A stretch of DNA of 63,422 nt, filler included, from Octopus bimaculoides (Eukaryota): NCBI RefSeq assembly GCF_001194135.2. It is 5 parts of 4 records of this genome, joined end to end, with 100 filler letters (N's around TTAATTAATTAA, not from the genome) between each part and the next. Parts side by side here need not be neighbours in the genome. Positions count along the whole stretch, not along the records: positions 60,977 to 63,422 come from NC_069000.1; 4 more parts are not named here. One strand, given 5' to 3'. Both the position numbers and the translations under genes were made by a program. Shown here piece after piece: positions 61,272 through 63,422 of the stretch; positions within the stretch are counted from its first letter, which is position 1, and each line of letters starts with the position of its first letter. Under the pieces are notes generated by a model. The model saw only the letters and a list, made by a program, of their open reading frames with translations. It made no database searches and was not told the DNA's origin.

Positions 61272-61359
61272 CATCTGACGATCGTTTCGCCGATGTTATT
61301 GTAATCACAATGTAATCAAAAGATCAGCATACTATCAATAATTCCGCTCTTCGGAGATG
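61272..61359 (-). ncRNA. Candidate type I hammerhead ribozyme of the Penelope minimal type (U4C core variant)
   Basis: Minus strand: CATCT-CCGAAGA-[59-nt stem II closed by G-C]-GAAA-C-GATC-G-TC|AGATG; stem I CATCT/AGATG; stem III palindrome ACGATCGT. Confidence 0.55.
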
Positions 61360-62030
61360 AATGGTATATGTAATATTAATTAAAATATTAAAAAATATTA
61401 AGAATATTAAAAATATTAAAGTGTATACTGTCCTTTAAAGAAATTGTAAAATTTATCCTCCTATAATTTGGAAAGTTCATTTTTTTATCCTGCGCACAAG
61501 TAAAGGTTCCATTGTTGCTTCATATTTCTGAGTCATTCCTGTGATTGTTATTTTTCTTGTTCTAGTTGCTATTACACTAATCCGGGTTAACCCCTGACTA
61601 CTGCAGCAGACGACCGACACTATTTATCATAGACATTTCATCTGTAACTATAGTTGACATAGTCACATCATATCTGATGATAAATTATCAAATGTAGTAC
61701 TATTCTTCCTTTTCGTATACAAGCCATTTTTTCTAAACGAAGACCATCTCTAACATCTAAGTTGACTAGGAAACTAAAAGAAGATGAAGCAAACGAATTC
61801 ATGCTTCTCCATTGTCATATGTTGTATACAAATATGACAAAAACCACGAGACATGTTCCTTGTTCTCTTCCAAAGTAAAACCAAAATGAGCAGATATTTG
61901 CAAAGATATTACTAATAAACTGGAGATACATTCGGGAAACATTTGGGTTGAGGCACTGCAATCGTAAGGAAGTTAAGCAAATTTTTAAGCATGGTGCGAT
62001 TCGCTTATTATTTCTAGTCAGGAAACTACA

Positions 62031-62073
<43 letters not shown>

Positions 62074-63349
62074 NNNNNNNNNNNNNNNNNNNNNNNNNNN
62101 NNNNNNNNNNNNNNNNNNNNNNNNNNNNNNNNNNNNNNNNNNNNNNNNNNNNNNNNNNNNNNNNNNNNNNNNNNNNNNNNNNNNNNNNNNNNNNNNNNNN
62201 NNNNNNNNNNNNNNNNNNNNNNNNNNNNNNNNNNNNNNNNNNNNNNNNNNNNNNNNNNNNNNNNNNNNNNNNNNNNNNNNNNNNNNNNNNNNNNNNNNNN
62301 NNNNNNNNNNNNNNNNNNNNNNNNNNNNNNNNNNNNNNNNNNNNNNNAACATACAAAAGCAAGACATTCGCTAAATGCTAAGGTTTGCTCCATTTAATTT
62401 ATTATTATTCTTCATATCTACTCAAAATACATTACTTTAACATGGTATTTCTACCTATTAACCGGGTATGATATCCCAGTTTTTGTGTGTGGTTTTTGCT
62501 ACCCTGGTAACTATTAACAAGTTTTTTCTACCGAGATATTAATATATACATAAATTGATATATATATATATATATATACATACATACATACATACATATA
62601 TATACATAGATACACAGTGTCTATGTTTTCACATTCCTCCTGTGCGAGATTATGAGGTGTTTTTTAACAGCAACCAACTGGTTCACTATATGATGTATGA
62701 TATATGCGTTTATAACAATTTTGAAAGTGTAAACACGTGTACACATTTCACTAGATAAATCACTTCGTTCACTGTGTGCATGTGCGTGTGCGTGCGTGTG
62801 TTTGCTTCTTTGTAGGTATATATGACTGTAGGTGTTAGCGTGTGTTTAGTACGCGCTCGTGTGCGTAGCATATATTTCCCAAGGGGCGGTGTGTTACAAC
62901 CGTGTGTGCTGAACCTTACAGGCATATATATAGAATATATGTGTATATAGAATATGTGTATATATACATATATATATACCAATATGTTTGTGTGTGTATG
63001 TGTTAAATGAGTTAAACATGAAGACAGGTTAGTAAAACAAAGAATTCAGAAAATACACGGAGCAAATAATAACCTCAAATGTTGAACGTATTCTACATAT
63101 ATTACGCCATGTTATATACATGCATTCATACATTCTTATATATATATACACACACGCTCGAAATGAGGAGTAGATGAGGAGTAGATGGACAGCCGACAAC
63201 TAATGAAGGGTCGTTCTTTATGTTACTTGTCATTTTTTTTCCATTTCTTTCTTTTGTTGTTTCTGTACCCAACTCATTTGTTTTCCTATTTCATATTGTT
63301 TACGGTGTGTGACGTCCTCTAACCCTATATACATACATATATATATATA

Positions 63350-63385
<36 letters not shown>

Positions 63386-63422
63386 TATATATACATACAT
63401 ACATACATACACACATATATAT

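Overview
Eukaryotic, microsatellite- and SINE-rich genomic DNA. The repeat families resemble those I recall from Octopus; this is an inference, no search was run. The window is five scaffold pieces joined by four artificial 100-bp linkers (44 N + TTAATTAATTAA + 44 N), so adjacency across 18834-18933, 47442-47541, 57060-57159 and 60877-60976 is unproven. Contents: (1) a CpG-rich promoter-like block at about 465-741. (2) A cluster of seven intron-containing tRNA-Leu(CAA) genes: five on the minus strand in a two-gene-period tandem array and two on the plus strand, with structured 35-37 nt introns. (3) The first four coding exons of a ZFAND4/ANUBL1 orthologue on the plus strand. (4) The first five coding exons of a divergent prolyl 4-hydroxylase alpha-subunit-like gene on the minus strand, assembled here with consistent splice phases. 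Both genes run into the same linker and lack their 3' halves. (5) Many retro- and DNA-transposon relics: R4/Dong-like RLE LINEs in (TAA)n, Tx1-like LINEs, RTE, mariner, and hAT and Merlin-like MITEs, plus three SINE families. Best leads: covarying tRNA intron structure; a SINE whose tail matches the Tx1-like LINE 3' end; (TAA/TTA)n tracts used by two retroelement systems in opposite orientation; an (ACAT)n-associated short element; a Penelope-type minimal hammerhead motif; a Merlin-like MITE carrying (TTAGGG)n; and two weak candidate exons (a TGA-interrupted frame and an EGF-like cysteine pattern). Almost all ORFs in the supplied track are microsatellite, N-gap or TE artefacts.
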